Counted from the first letter of the stretch, positions 38,540-48,989 are shown. The stretch: DNA of 64,000 nucleotides from a virus (IMGVR_UViG_3300032311_001249:1-64000), one strand, 5' to 3'. The notes: generated by a model from the sequence alone, not told the origin. Program-made: numbers and translations.

Positions 38540-39984
38540 AAAATGCAGATGGAATTTATAGAGGAATAGTGATACAAAACAATGATCCTAAAAATGCTGG
38601 GAGAGTAAAAGTATTTGTGCCCGGTCTGAATGTTTCTCAATATAATAGTTGGGACCAAAAATCAGAAGAAGACAAATATTTTAAATATATAGGAAAAAAC
38701 ACAAACAGTTCCATAACACCAGAAGTTTTACAAAAATTAAAAGAAAAAATTTTCTGGGCTGATACTATTTTACCCATAGCAGGGGGTGGTAGTCCGGGAA
38801 TATATAATGCACCATCAGACACTATGAGTGTAGGTAATGATAATGATTTTACATTTCAGGAAAAAAATAAAACACAAGAGTTTTTTAAAAAAGATGAAAA
38901 CGATTTTAAACAAAGAGAAAATGTTCCAGTTCAAAATCCATCTTATGGAACAGAACCCACAACACAAATAAATCTTAATTTTAGTTTTTCTGGTAAAAGA
39001 TATTGCAACAAGAGTTCTTGTAATACACCATCACAAGATGTTAAATCTTTTTGGCCTAGTAATAACGGTGTTTTAGATGAAATAGTCAAAGAGTTGCCAA
39101 AAGTTTATTCTGATGTTCCGTTAATTCTAGACCAAACACAAAATGAAGACAACACAGGAATAGTAGGAGTTAGAGTGGATGTATTTGATCCTATCATTTA
39201 TATTGATGATAAAGAAGTTCCAAAGGATAGTCCTTTATACAATAATGATTGTTACACATTTCCTGATACTGAAAATATTATAAGATTTTCTCCTCCTATT
39301 TTTTACGAAGAGACTGATCAAGATGCACAATACAAATACGATGAGATACCACTACAAATATCAGTAAATGGTAAACTATCTAATTCTGATTATTTTGAAT
39401 TAGACTCTTATGATTCTGAAAAAGTAGTATATAAAAGTGATAGGATGAAAATTCAAGTGCCAGTAAACAATATAGATTCTATTACAATAAAGCATAATAA
39501 AAATGGTTTTGATATAAACAGAATACTATCATTAATACCTCTTTTGAAATCTGTCATCAATTTGGTTGGAAGTCTTATAATGCCCAGAGCACCATATCCA
39601 AATGGCGGAAAACCAACAAGAGCAGGAGGAGGAGCAACAATATATAATAACGTTGCAACAAAACTATTACCAACGCAACAAAGAATGCAGTCTCATATAA
39701 AAGGGGCTAATAATTTTAGTAAAACAGAAATAAACAAAGGAAGAAAAGCAGACAACGATTCTAATAAAACATTAGGAAATAATATTTCTGGTCCAACCAA
39801 TCAAGCTCACAGAGGAGCAATGAGATCACCGGACTATACAAATAAAATGAAAGGAATGATTAGTATTCCATCTGTAGGAAGTCATGTTTGGGTGAAATTT
39901 TCTAATGGGGACACTAATTTTGCAACAATAATAGGAATAACAACTGGTCAAGAATCTTTTAAAGGAATCTTTGAAACCAAATAA
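38536..39984 (+). CDS. gp5 N-terminal OB-fold protein with large insertion
   Basis: YRGIVIQNNDP.NAGRVKV.VP...WA at the N-terminus; IPSVGSHVWVKF.NGD.N..IIG at the extreme C-terminus. Confidence 0.8.
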   Translation: MKNADGIYRGIVIQNNDPKNAGRVKVFVPGLNVSQYNSWDQKSEEDKYFKYIGKNTNSSITPEVLQKLKEKIFWADTILPIAGGGSPGIYNAPSDTMSVGNDNDFTFQEKNKTQEFFKKDENDFKQRENVPVQNPSYGTEPTTQINLNFSFSGKRYCNKSSCNTPSQDVKSFWPSNNGVLDEIVKELPKVYSDVPLILDQTQNEDNTGIVGVRVDVFDPIIYIDDKEVPKDSPLYNNDCYTFPDTENIIRFSPPIFYEETDQDAQYKYDEIPLQISVNGKLSNSDYFELDSYDSEKVVYKSDRMKIQVPVNNIDSITIKHNKNGFDINRILSLIPLLKSVINLVGSLIMPRAPYPNGGKPTRAGGGATIYNNVATKLLPTQQRMQSHIKGANNFSKTEINKGRKADNDSNKTLGNNISGPTNQAHRGAMRSPDYTNKMKGMISIPSVGSHVWVKFSNGDTNFATIIGITTGQESFKGIFETK

Positions 39985-40005
39985 TTCTGTAGCTAAATAA
40001 AATAT

Positions 40006-42027
40006 ATGCATTACCCCGGTAAATTTGATAATGATTCTAGAAATAACGAAGAAGTCTTTAAAGATAAAGTTGTGTGGAATCAACAAGCAGGTTGTATAGA
40101 ATTTATTAATACAAAAGATGCGGAAAGTATAACAACATCACATAAAAACGGTTCTTATACCAGAATGGATAAATTTGGTAGCGAAGAATTAACAACAAGA
40201 GATAAAAGAGAACATGTTATAGGTAATAGCCAATTAGAAATAAATGGTTCACAAACAGAGTATGTGCATGAAAACAGCGAAAAAGTAGTTTTAGGAGATG
40301 AAATAAAAACAGTCGGAGATGCTGATAATTGGTTGGAACCAATGCAGCAAATAAAAAAAATTCAAAAAGAATTACATGATAAAAAAAGACTTTTTGAAGT
40401 AAAAAGAACAAATAGAAAAGACTCTATTGATCAAGCTCCCGGTCAGAGTAAATCTGGCAGTCATGCAAAATGTCCCACTCATTCTAATAAATCTAAAGTA
40501 ATAAAAAATACAAAACCAACAAGAGTTAGTTCTAAAAAAGTTAACAGCGCAACAATATTAGATATACAAGATGGATCGGAAAAATTCGAAACTGTGTCTG
40601 GTGGTGGTGATGGTAGATGCATGACTTGTTGGGGTAAATTGCTTAGTCCATCAACCCAAGATGGTAGATGGGCAACAGAGTCTGAAAAACAAAGCATAGT
40701 TCAAAAAAGACAAGAGCTACAGCAAAGACTATATGAATATGAAAAACAATTAGGTCAAAACAAATGTCCTAATGGTGGCAGCAAAATAGAAATTATAGCA
40801 AAAAATTTTATACAAAATATAGGTATTGTTTTCAATGATTTTGAAAGTTTTCGACGTGATCCAGCGGGAAAACTAGTTCCTTGTGGAATAAAGATAGACC
40901 CCATGGGAACCACTATATACACACAATACAGAGAATCTCCTTTGATTGAAAATGTTGATGTGGAAAAATTTCCGGGCGGAAGTTACGAATTAAATATATG
41001 TGATGGTTGGAAAGCAACAGTGGGTTCTAATGGCATAGAATTCAAAACTACTGGACCTTTAAACTTGTTTGGAACCAATGTAAACATAGTTGGAGAACAA
41101 GTAGGAATAGGAAGCAGAGGAGATTTAACTATAGAGGGACAGAGAGTGGATTTGACAGCAGATGTGCTTACTCTTAGACCCAAGAAGCTTAGCAGAACTC
41201 TAGAGACTGGAGGAAAGACAGAAGAGGAACAACAGCTACTAATAGATGGCAACTTGAATGTTGGATTAAATGCTATAATCAGAGGTGGAGCACACATAGA
41301 AGGAGAATTATCAGTTCATCATATAACTGCTCCTTGTGAATATCATGTAACAGAAACAGATTTTACATACGGAACAAAAACAGAACCAAAAGTTTTACCA
41401 AATCCCGATCCAAAATTATGTTATTATGGTAAGAATGGCACTAGTACATTAGAATCTCCTGAATGTGGTTCTACTCCTTCAAAATCTGGAACTTATGGCA
41501 AGTTATTAGCTGGTACACACATAGGAAAAGCTGTTGGATATGATTCTAATGGCCAGCCTTTATGTTTGGATGTATATTCTTTAGAAGCAGAGAATGCTGT
41601 TCTTGTTGATCCACATGTTCACTATTTTAAAAATATAGCATGCAAACTTTTTGACAAAGATTCCGATGTCTCTTCTAATGCTGGATTTTCTTCTGGTTCT
41701 GGAAGTATAAATGTTCATGATGCAATAAGAGCTATAGGCTCTAGAAACAACTGGACAACTCCTGTTTTACCAATGCCTGTCATGAATTCCGAAAGTAATT
41801 ATACTGTTGTTGATAAATTTGGAGGAAGTTGTGAAACTCTTTCTATAAATAAAGCTGATTGGGAAGAATCTTCACAGGAAGATTCTTTACCTTCTGGAGA
41901 AGGTGTAAGAACTTCAAAATACACTGATCAAACAATCCAAAATAAAGTAAAAGCTATAGAAGCTGAATTAGAAGCAAAATATGCTGAGTTAAAACTCGCT
42001 CTATCAGAAATTAAAAATACCGCTTAA
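40006..42027 (+). CDS. gp5 C-terminal spike/beta-helix protein
   Basis: YP..., G.IEF.NT..AE.I...H.NGSY, V.G-type beta repeats, HVH motif. Confidence 0.7.
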   Translation: MHYPGKFDNDSRNNEEVFKDKVVWNQQAGCIEFINTKDAESITTSHKNGSYTRMDKFGSEELTTRDKREHVIGNSQLEINGSQTEYVHENSEKVVLGDEIKTVGDADNWLEPMQQIKKIQKELHDKKRLFEVKRTNRKDSIDQAPGQSKSGSHAKCPTHSNKSKVIKNTKPTRVSSKKVNSATILDIQDGSEKFETVSGGGDGRCMTCWGKLLSPSTQDGRWATESEKQSIVQKRQELQQRLYEYEKQLGQNKCPNGGSKIEIIAKNFIQNIGIVFNDFESFRRDPAGKLVPCGIKIDPMGTTIYTQYRESPLIENVDVEKFPGGSYELNICDGWKATVGSNGIEFKTTGPLNLFGTNVNIVGEQVGIGSRGDLTIEGQRVDLTADVLTLRPKKLSRTLETGGKTEEEQQLLIDGNLNVGLNAIIRGGAHIEGELSVHHITAPCEYHVTETDFTYGTKTEPKVLPNPDPKLCYYGKNGTSTLESPECGSTPSKSGTYGKLLAGTHIGKAVGYDSNGQPLCLDVYSLEAENAVLVDPHVHYFKNIACKLFDKDSDVSSNAGFSSGSGSINVHDAIRAIGSRNNWTTPVLPMPVMNSESNYTVVDKFGGSCETLSINKADWEESSQEDSLPSGEGVRTSKYTDQTIQNKVKAIEAELEAKYAELKLALSEIKNTA

Positions 42028-42368
42028 AAGTCTTCTTCCGATTCATCATCTTCGAAAGAAGCATTTTCTGACATATCATAAGGAGTAAGAAAATCTTCCA
42101 CTAGATTTCTTAATGCTCTATTTTCTAATTCGTTAGCACTATTAACTAATATAACATCATTGCCATGAGTATCAAAACCAAGCAAGATGTAACTATCCAT
42201 ATGTTCGATTATTTTATTATTTATAGAAATAGCTAATTGTTGTTTTTCTTTTAAAGACAGATTTTTTTGTTTTTTTCTTAAATTTACTTTTTTATTTGCT
42301 GTTTTTTTAAGAAAATCTTCGATTTTTTTCATTTCCGCATCTGATATTTTGTCTTTATCTTCATCCAT
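42024..42368 (-). CDS. Hypothetical protein
   Basis: 114 aa; E.MDSYILLGFD..G; acidic tail. Confidence 0.55.
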   Translation of the reverse strand: MDEDKDKISDAEMKKIEDFLKKTANKKVNLRKKQKNLSLKEKQQLAISINNKIIEHMDSYILLGFDTHGNDVILVNSANELENRALRNLVEDFLTPYDMSENASFEDDESEEDF

Positions 42369-42397
42369 ATGGTAATATATATACTTATATAAAAAAT

Positions 42398-42429
42398 AAA
42401 AGAGGAGGAATTTCTTCCTCCTCTTTTTT
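42398..42429 (-). terminator. Intrinsic terminator
   Basis: AAAAGAGGAGGAA-TTTC-TTCCTCCTCTTTT. Confidence 0.85.
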
Positions 42430-42736
42430 AATTTTTATTACAGTATCTGTAATGCTTGTGAATCAGACCTCTGTCGTTCAGATATTCTGCCAGAACTTCC
42501 ACACTATCAGTGTTTAGTTTCATATTGGTATTGGTGTATCTACCTCCATCATATACATGCAGAGTATCGTTTTTGTAGCATGTTACAAAAATACTCATTC
42601 CACCATTGTCTATAATGAATGACCATTTTCTTTGATCGTTTTCAGAGTATTCTATAGTGTCTATTTTATCCACCATATACCCCATATCTCTGAGGCGTTT
42701 AATACAATACGATTTTGTTGTTATTTTATTAGACAT
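42428..42736 (-). CDS. Hypothetical protein (paralog of next gene)
   Basis: KID..Y...D.RKWS.II...I.VT motif. Confidence 0.55.
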   Translation of the reverse strand: MSNKITTKSYCIKRLRDMGYMVDKIDTIEYSENDQRKWSFIIDNGGMSIFVTCYKNDTLHVYDGGRYTNTNMKLNTDSVEVLAEYLNDRGLIHKHYRYCNKN

Positions 42737-42738
42737 AA

Positions 42739-43029
42739 TTATTCTTGTGTTGAATTTTCTTGAACTTGTTCTCTTTTTATAAGAAGGTCTAGAGTATCAT
42801 ACAAATCTTCTGTTTCTACATCAGTTATAATTTTATCAGATGAAAAAATATCAAATGTTTGTGTTCCGTAGTCGTATTTGTTTAAATGATGTGTTACTAC
42901 TATATTATCTTTATTTTGATTTAATAGAGCACTCCAACATCTAGAATCAGATTGATTATATGCTATATCTATTTTTATTACAGAGCAGTCTATTTTTTTA
43001 ACGTTGTCTGCGAATTTTGAATATTCCAT
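42739..43029 (-). CDS. Hypothetical protein (paralog of previous gene)
   Basis: KID..Y...D.RCWS.LL...I.VT motif. Confidence 0.55.
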   Translation of the reverse strand: MEYSKFADNVKKIDCSVIKIDIAYNQSDSRCWSALLNQNKDNIVVTHHLNKYDYGTQTFDIFSSDKIITDVETEDLYDTLDLLIKREQVQENSTQE

Positions 43030-43030
43030 T

Positions 43031-43762
43031 TTATTTTATTAATGGGGTTGTTATATATTTTAAGTTTGAGTTTGAGTTTTCGATTTCAATGTACATGACT
43101 CCGTTGTCATTTAATTTAATCGAGAAATTGTTTTTAGATTTTAATACTAGTTTAAGAATATCCACATCATAAGCTTTTAGAGGAAGACTAGTATCAACAT
43201 TCTCTGCAATTAATATTTTTATATTATCAGAGTGATTGGAGGTAGAGTTCTTATCTCCAAAAAACAAGAAAACGTTTTGATCCTCTTGTTCTATATAAAA
43301 CTTTACAGTATCATTAGAAAATTCTAATGCTTTTCTTATGTTTAAGATTTTTTCCGAACTAATTTCTACTGTGTGATGAACAATAAATTTTTTAAAGTTA
43401 TCTAAATTAAATTTAGGAACTTCTACTAGATTATCATCTAGTAGTCTTATATTAAATCTAATGTCTTTACTAGAAAAATTACAAGAATCATCTGTTAATT
43501 CCAAAGATACAAACATTTCATCACTACCAATACATTGTAGTCCTTTTACAAGTTTTAAAACATTAAGACTAAAGCGATCTTTTACATCACTTATGTGTAA
43601 TGGTTTGTATGTGTTATATAAATAAATTGCTCTTGCTTTTGTAGATATGGAATATAACTCTCCATCACAGCAAAATACTGCTATTTTTCCTTCTTTGTTC
43701 AAGTCGTTTATAGGATTTACAAAATCATTTACAAACTCTTTAGGATTTATCTGAACTATCAT
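43031..43762 (-). CDS. 45: Sliding clamp gp45-like
   Basis: 243 aa, two-domain alpha/beta pattern, C-terminal LKYIT; in the replication block. Confidence 0.6.
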   Translation of the reverse strand: MIVQINPKEFVNDFVNPINDLNKEGKIAVFCCDGELYSISTKARAIYLYNTYKPLHISDVKDRFSLNVLKLVKGLQCIGSDEMFVSLELTDDSCNFSSKDIRFNIRLLDDNLVEVPKFNLDNFKKFIVHHTVEISSEKILNIRKALEFSNDTVKFYIEQEDQNVFLFFGDKNSTSNHSDNIKILIAENVDTSLPLKAYDVDILKLVLKSKNNFSIKLNDNGVMYIEIENSNSNLKYITTPLIK

Positions 43763-44309
43763 CTGTTATTTCTTGTGGTTGATTAGATTGTGGTATTACA
43801 TTACCACTACTCACTAGTTTAATCAACTTATTAATTAAGGTTTTTTGTGATTTTATAGAATTTTTTAAAGATTTAATTTCTTCTATCAAAGCATCTCTAA
43901 AAGATTGTTCATCTTCCAGATAATTTTTCTTTGCTGGCTGATTGTAGTCTGGCATCTGAAAACCTTGCACAGACTCTATGTTAGAACTAATCATAGGTTG
44001 AACATTTTGTTGTGGTTGAGCGCCAGCAATCTGGGGAACATTCAATAATCTAGCATTTGATGGAGGTAGAGTACCTTCTGGAACAACATAATCTACTGGA
44101 ACATTATTTTGATTATAGTGTTCAGGTGTAGGCGCATACGCTTGTTGTGGATACATTTGCTGTGGCTGAAATTGACCAACAGGTTGTCCATTTCCCAAGA
44201 ATCTTCTAAAATCAGTTCTATTGTATTTGATACTAGAACCTCCTAGAGATTGTCTCATCTCCCTTTCACAAGAAGCCGCTAAAAAAGCTATGTCTGCATT
44301 ATCATTCAT
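43740..44309 (-). CDS. Q/P-rich low-complexity protein with C-terminal coiled coil
   Basis: TAAATA-N5-ATG; composition. Confidence 0.5.
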   Translation of the reverse strand: MNDNADIAFLAASCEREMRQSLGGSSIKYNRTDFRRFLGNGQPVGQFQPQQMYPQQAYAPTPEHYNQNNVPVDYVVPEGTLPPSNARLLNVPQIAGAQPQQNVQPMISSNIESVQGFQMPDYNQPAKKNYLEDEQSFRDALIEEIKSLKNSIKSQKTLINKLIKLVSSGNVIPQSNQPQEITDDSSDKS

Positions 44310-44348
44310 AGCTATATTTAGCGGCTTTTCGTTTTATTTCAATAGATA

Positions 44349-45275
44349 TTAATCGTCTAACAACGCATCCAATTCATCTTTTTCTGATTTTTTTCCCATA
44401 GGAATTTCATCATCTTCTGGAGTTGAACTTAGATCAATTCTTGGAGAAGATGTTGCGTCATCTTCATTATCACCAACTTCATCTTCTAAGTTTGCACTTG
44501 TTCCAAACCAGTGTTTATCCAAAATATTTTGAATATCTTCTTGAGATTTTACTGCTGGAATAAACTCTGTGAGATCATGAGCACTTTCTAGAATTTTTTG
44601 AATTTCTGAATCAGACAAACCAAGGTCTTCTGCATCATCAAAAGTAGTCTCTGAATAATTGTGGTAGCCTGCTTTTTCTGTGACTTTGACTATAAGACTT
44701 CTTCCTTTGGCAGATAAATCTAGTGCTTTAGCTCCAATTTTTTTACTCATATCACCAAAAATGGCACTATGAATTTTTTTATAAATATCGCTGATAGGAT
44801 TTCCTTCACGATCCACTTGTGCTGGATATAAACCAGCAACAACTTGACCGATTTTTTCCTTTGCATCAGGATCATCTCCATCTACACTGATAAGATAGCC
44901 GTTTACCGCTTGTTTTCTTTGTGGAAGGAGTTTATAACTAGCTTTTTGTTCAGCTTCATCTCCTTTTTCTTTGGCTTTGGTATAGTGATCCCATTGAGTT
45001 TTCTTGTATAAATCTTCTTTTATACCAGCATCTTGTGGTGATCTTCCACCATAAACATAAGTTCCATCCACTCTGCTTTTAAAGCCGATTTCCTTAAATG
45101 TTATAAATGTATTATTGACATTTTTAATGTAAGGAATTAATCTGATTACATAAGTACAATTCTTTTTGAATTTTAATATTCTGGGGTCTCCTTTAAAGAC
45201 TCCTTTTTCTTTTTGAATACTTGTTTCTTCTACTGCTTTTACTTGATTTAATATATTTTCTAGGTTTAATGACAT
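44349..45275 (-). CDS. 32: Single-stranded DNA-binding protein gp32
   Basis: DPR, YVIRLIP, N.Y.I..., KG..L.VKV..KAGY.NY.ETTF, acidic tail ending LDALLDD. Confidence 0.85.
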   Translation of the reverse strand: MSLNLENILNQVKAVEETSIQKEKGVFKGDPRILKFKKNCTYVIRLIPYIKNVNNTFITFKEIGFKSRVDGTYVYGGRSPQDAGIKEDLYKKTQWDHYTKAKEKGDEAEQKASYKLLPQRKQAVNGYLISVDGDDPDAKEKIGQVVAGLYPAQVDREGNPISDIYKKIHSAIFGDMSKKIGAKALDLSAKGRSLIVKVTEKAGYHNYSETTFDDAEDLGLSDSEIQKILESAHDLTEFIPAVKSQEDIQNILDKHWFGTSANLEDEVGDNEDDATSSPRIDLSSTPEDDEIPMGKKSEKDELDALLDD

Positions 45276-45344
45276 ATTTCTAATTTTCTTTATTTCTTAA
45301 TCAACTACATCCATTTTACTTTCAGTAGTTATGTTATACTTATA

Positions 45345-46016
45345 CTACAAAATTGCTTTTTGTTCAAGTTTTTTCTTGAGATAATGTGATATTTTTCTTT
45401 TCAATTCTTCTAGATAATTCTGTGTTTTAATACTGCTTTTGTAACAATTGTACATTTTGTTCAAATCTAAATCACTACCATAATAAAGTTCAAATTCATC
45501 TCTGGGCATTTTATATAAAATATCATACATACCCGGTATGCTAAACACAGAATACCATGATATTTTATGTTCTTTTAAATGAATTAGACAATCATTTTGT
45601 GCCACAGAACAATGCTTAGAATAGTCTTCTAATCTTATATTTTTTGATTCACAAAAATTAGCTATAAATTTGTAAGACTCTTTAAAGTATTCAAATTGTT
45701 CTTCTGGGTTGCTTTGTTGAAGAACTTTTATGTATGCTATACAAGTAGAAATTCCTTTGCTGCTAGCATAAAATTTTAATGGAAAAAATATTTTTTCATC
45801 ATTATATATTTTGTATGGAGCATCAAAGAAAAAACTATTGAAAAATGATGGATATTTTTCAAATACTTTTTCTATTTTTTGTAGATATGTTATTTTTTCT
45901 AAATCTTGCTCTATATCAGAAAAATTTTTCTTTGCTCTATATGGTTGATTATTGTTTATTCTGAATGCTCTTAAATATAAATTATATATTCTTTTTTGGT
46001 TTTCTGTCACATTCAT
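45345..46016 (-). CDS. Helicase loader gp59-like
   Basis: IYNLYL..F N-terminus; size and position next to gp32 as in T4. Confidence 0.45.
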   Translation of the reverse strand: MNVTENQKRIYNLYLRAFRINNNQPYRAKKNFSDIEQDLEKITYLQKIEKVFEKYPSFFNSFFFDAPYKIYNDEKIFFPLKFYASSKGISTCIAYIKVLQQSNPEEQFEYFKESYKFIANFCESKNIRLEDYSKHCSVAQNDCLIHLKEHKISWYSVFSIPGMYDILYKMPRDEFELYYGSDLDLNKMYNCYKSSIKTQNYLEELKRKISHYLKKKLEQKAIL

Positions 46017-46279
46017 TTTTTTATTTTCTTGGATTTATTTAAGACTGGATAACGATGAGCCATATATTCTACAACAGAATACCATGAAGTGTCTGTTAAT
46101 TTTAACAACAAGGTTTTTAATTCTGGACTCTTATTTATTAAGATAAATAGAGAAACACATGAAATCGGTTTATTTGATATAAGAGTTATAAAACTTCCAA
46201 ATTTATTTATGGTATCTTCTAATTCTTGATTTATTATATAAGTATTAGCGCACGGAAATATAAAATCTTGTTTGAACAT
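46013..46279 (-). CDS. Hypothetical protein
   Basis: 88 aa; TAAATA-N5-ATG. Confidence 0.5.
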   Translation of the reverse strand: MFKQDFIFPCANTYIINQELEDTINKFGSFITLISNKPISCVSLFILINKSPELKTLLLKLTDTSWYSVVEYMAHRYPVLNKSKKIKK

Positions 46280-46287
46280 TAATATAT

Positions 46288-47649
46288 TTAATCACCTTTC
46301 ATCAAAGATTCAAAATCTAAAATGTCAGATAGATTCATGTTCTCTCCAGATGATACAGAATTATCAAAAACAGGTTCATCATTTTCGTTGTATAGTCTAA
46401 GAGTATCATAATCTATTTTAAGATAACCTTCTGCACCCTTGGCACCATCTCTGACTTTTTTACCACCAAATCTTATTATACTGCATTCTCTGTCTTCATC
46501 TGTCTGCCATATATTAACATGTCCATCAAAGTCCGCAAGTTGATCCCAACTACCACTCATGGTATCTAAACCGGGATTATTACTTCTATGACTAGCTCTG
46601 TTAAGTTGGGCTACTGTTAGAATAGGTGCTTCTATCTGATATGATATACCTCTACATTCTTGAACTATATACTGTAGTTCAGTGTGTTTGCTAGTCTGAG
46701 ATACTGATGGTTTTAATAATGCATGCCCATCAATACATAATAAATCGGGAGAAACGCCAGTTTTATCTTTTAATTTTTTAAGATAAGCATATACATTTTT
46801 TGCTGAAACTCCTTTGGTTGGAACTTCTTTTATTATAAGCTTAGAATTATATTTTCTTTTGAATTCTTCAACTTGTTTTTTATATTTGTCTATGTTTTCT
46901 CCTAACAAAGAAATAGCTATTCCTGTGAGCATGCCTGATATTCTTTTGGCATATCTCATTTCACTCATTTCTGGTGATATAATAACTACATTCTTATTTT
47001 GTAAAACAACATTCAATGCTATGTTTGCTAGAAAAATACTTTTACCCACATTGGTTTCTCCACCAATATCATAAATAGCTTTTCCTTCTTTTTGAAAACC
47101 TCCACCAAAAGCATCATCAAGACTTTTATAACCAGTAGAAATAAAACAGTCTTTTTGTTGTAGATAATTTACAACTCTGTCATTTTCACAAAAATAATCC
47201 AGACCAAAATTATCAACAAGAGTTATAGAATGAATTTTTTCACTCTCTTTTTGTATATCATCCAAGTTGAATTCTCTTTTAGATGCTTTTTCATCAATTA
47301 TTTTATCCGTTAACAATGCATATTTTCTTTGCTTTAAGAAATACTCTGTATTATTAACTAATTCTATTTCGTTGTAATCAGAATCCAACTCTTTAATATA
47401 ACCTACTACTTTTTTCAGAGACTCTTTTAAAGATATTGTGTTTACTCTAGACTTTAATTCTGTGAGACTAGGAATACTATTTCTTTCCAAATAAAAAGTT
47501 TTAATGATATTAATTATCTCTGCTATATCCTTGTCTTTGAACAAGGATTTGTCCAGATAATCAATGATTGATGCGATATAGGTGCAGTCCTTTTTTAAAC
47601 AATGCTGAATTATTACCTTCTCGAAGAAATCTAAGTCTATTTTAGCCAT
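46288..47649 (-). CDS. 41: Replicative helicase gp41
   Basis: ISTGY..LD...GGG, GETNVGKS, EMSE, LIIKEVPT, AQLNR. Confidence 0.95.
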   Translation of the reverse strand: MAKIDLDFFEKVIIQHCLKKDCTYIASIIDYLDKSLFKDKDIAEIINIIKTFYLERNSIPSLTELKSRVNTISLKESLKKVVGYIKELDSDYNEIELVNNTEYFLKQRKYALLTDKIIDEKASKREFNLDDIQKESEKIHSITLVDNFGLDYFCENDRVVNYLQQKDCFISTGYKSLDDAFGGGFQKEGKAIYDIGGETNVGKSIFLANIALNVVLQNKNVVIISPEMSEMRYAKRISGMLTGIAISLLGENIDKYKKQVEEFKRKYNSKLIIKEVPTKGVSAKNVYAYLKKLKDKTGVSPDLLCIDGHALLKPSVSQTSKHTELQYIVQECRGISYQIEAPILTVAQLNRASHRSNNPGLDTMSGSWDQLADFDGHVNIWQTDEDRECSIIRFGGKKVRDGAKGAEGYLKIDYDTLRLYNENDEPVFDNSVSSGENMNLSDILDFESLMKGD

Positions 47650-47682
47650 ATACTAACACTATCAATCAAACCTGCTAGATAG

Positions 47683-47976
47683 TCAAGAACTAACTCTAGA
47701 GAATTCTACTGATATGATGCTGTTCTGAATATTTTTTCCAGAAATGTATTTTTGACTAAACCAATCTTCAAATAATCTTTGGTCTGCTATATTTTGATTG
47801 TAGCTTGCCTTTTTATAAAAAGAATCGAACAGTTCACCTATTGTAAACTGTTCGATTCTGTTAGTTTCTTCGTTTTTTCTTCTTACTGCAATAGCGTTTT
47901 CATCTTCTAATAATATAGTTGTTATTCTAGGTTTGTTTATTAGAGTTCCTGTGGATTTTACTGTTGCCTTTATCAT
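47683..47976 (-). CDS. Hypothetical protein
   Basis: 97 aa; TAAGTA-N5-ATG. Confidence 0.5.
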   Translation of the reverse strand: MIKATVKSTGTLINKPRITTILLEDENAIAVRRKNEETNRIEQFTIGELFDSFYKKASYNQNIADQRLFEDWFSQKYISGKNIQNSIISVEFSRVSS

Positions 47977-47987
47977 CAGAATACTTA

Positions 47988-48989
47988 CTATAAGGAAAAT
48001 TTCTTTTCCACAGCATTACAAAATTCTTTGTTTTGTAATAGACTCTCCATATATTTCTCATCTTCTTCTAATTCTGCTCTTCTAACATTTTTATCATTAC
48101 CTTTTATACAATACCATCCTTGTTTTGGATTTTCTATAAATCCCAACTCTAATGCAAGATCAAAAATACCAGAATAGCGGTCTATACCTTCACCAAATCT
48201 TACTGATACTGGAAATTTGGCATTTTCTTTTACATATCTACTAAGACCTGCTGTAAGAGTAAATCTGAAACCTGCTAATTCATCCTTTTCTTTTTCTTGT
48301 GCTTTACTGATAAAGAGTAGAGTGTGTGCAGCATACTGTGCTCCTCTACCACCAGCAGCAACTTCTTTACTGTACATTTCTTGAGTCTGATAAGAGTGAT
48401 TGATTATGACCATAGGAATCTGTTTGATGGCAGCTTCTCCAGTAACAATTCTAAAAAATGACTTTAGTTGTTTGGCTCTGGTCATGTCTGCCACCACTTT
48501 GTTGTCTTTGGCGTCCTCTGTCTCTTTGGTGCTTCTTAACATCCCAATAGAGTCAACACACACCAAGACTCTATCCCCCTCTGAAACGTCTTCCATAAGA
48601 TTAGCCACATCAGACTTTAGTTCTTCCACACTTCTGATTGGTCTATGGTCTATTCTTTCTGTATCCACACCAGCTTTTTCATAATAAGAGGGGGTGGAAC
48701 CCAATTCACTATCATATAATACCACCACATAATCATGCCCTTCATTTTCTTTTTGAAACCCTTTTATGAGTTCTATCATAAAGTTGGTTTTAAAGTGTTT
48801 TGGTGGTGCTGCTATTTGAATTATTCCTTTTGGAAGTCCTCCATTCAATTTTCCAGATAGGGCTAAGTTTAATAAGGGAACATTAGTACCTATAAAAGTT
48901 TCATCTGTAAAATATTTACTATTTTTTAATATTTCTGGTTTTAATACTGTATTTTTTCTTAATTTCTTTAAAAGGTCTGACATAAACAT
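47988..48989 (-). CDS. uvsX: RecA-like recombinase UvsX
   Basis: LNLALSG, PPKHFKT, YDSE, DSIG.L, ADMTRAKQLKS.FR, SRYVKE. Confidence 0.96.
   Translation of the reverse strand: MFMSDLLKKLRKNTVLKPEILKNSKYFTDETFIGTNVPLLNLALSGKLNGGLPKGIIQIAAPPKHFKTNFMIELIKGFQKENEGHDYVVVLYDSELGSTPSYYEKAGVDTERIDHRPIRSVEELKSDVANLMEDVSEGDRVLVCVDSIGMLRSTKETEDAKDNKVVADMTRAKQLKSFFRIVTGEAAIKQIPMVIINHSYQTQEMYSKEVAAGGRGAQYAAHTLLFISKAQEKEKDELAGFRFTLTAGLSRYVKENAKFPVSVRFGEGIDRYSGIFDLALELGFIENPKQGWYCIKGNDKNVRRAELEEDEKYMESLLQNKEFCNAVEKKFSL

Noticed and set aside
38790-39850. Intein in the gp5 insertion (also considered for gp17, gp41, gp43)
   Set aside because: No intein N-terminal block, HN-C/S/T junction or LAGLIDADG motif seen; the other proteins are of normal length.
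46013-46279. gp33 late co-activator by synteny
   Set aside because: Position fits, but I recognise no sequence motif.
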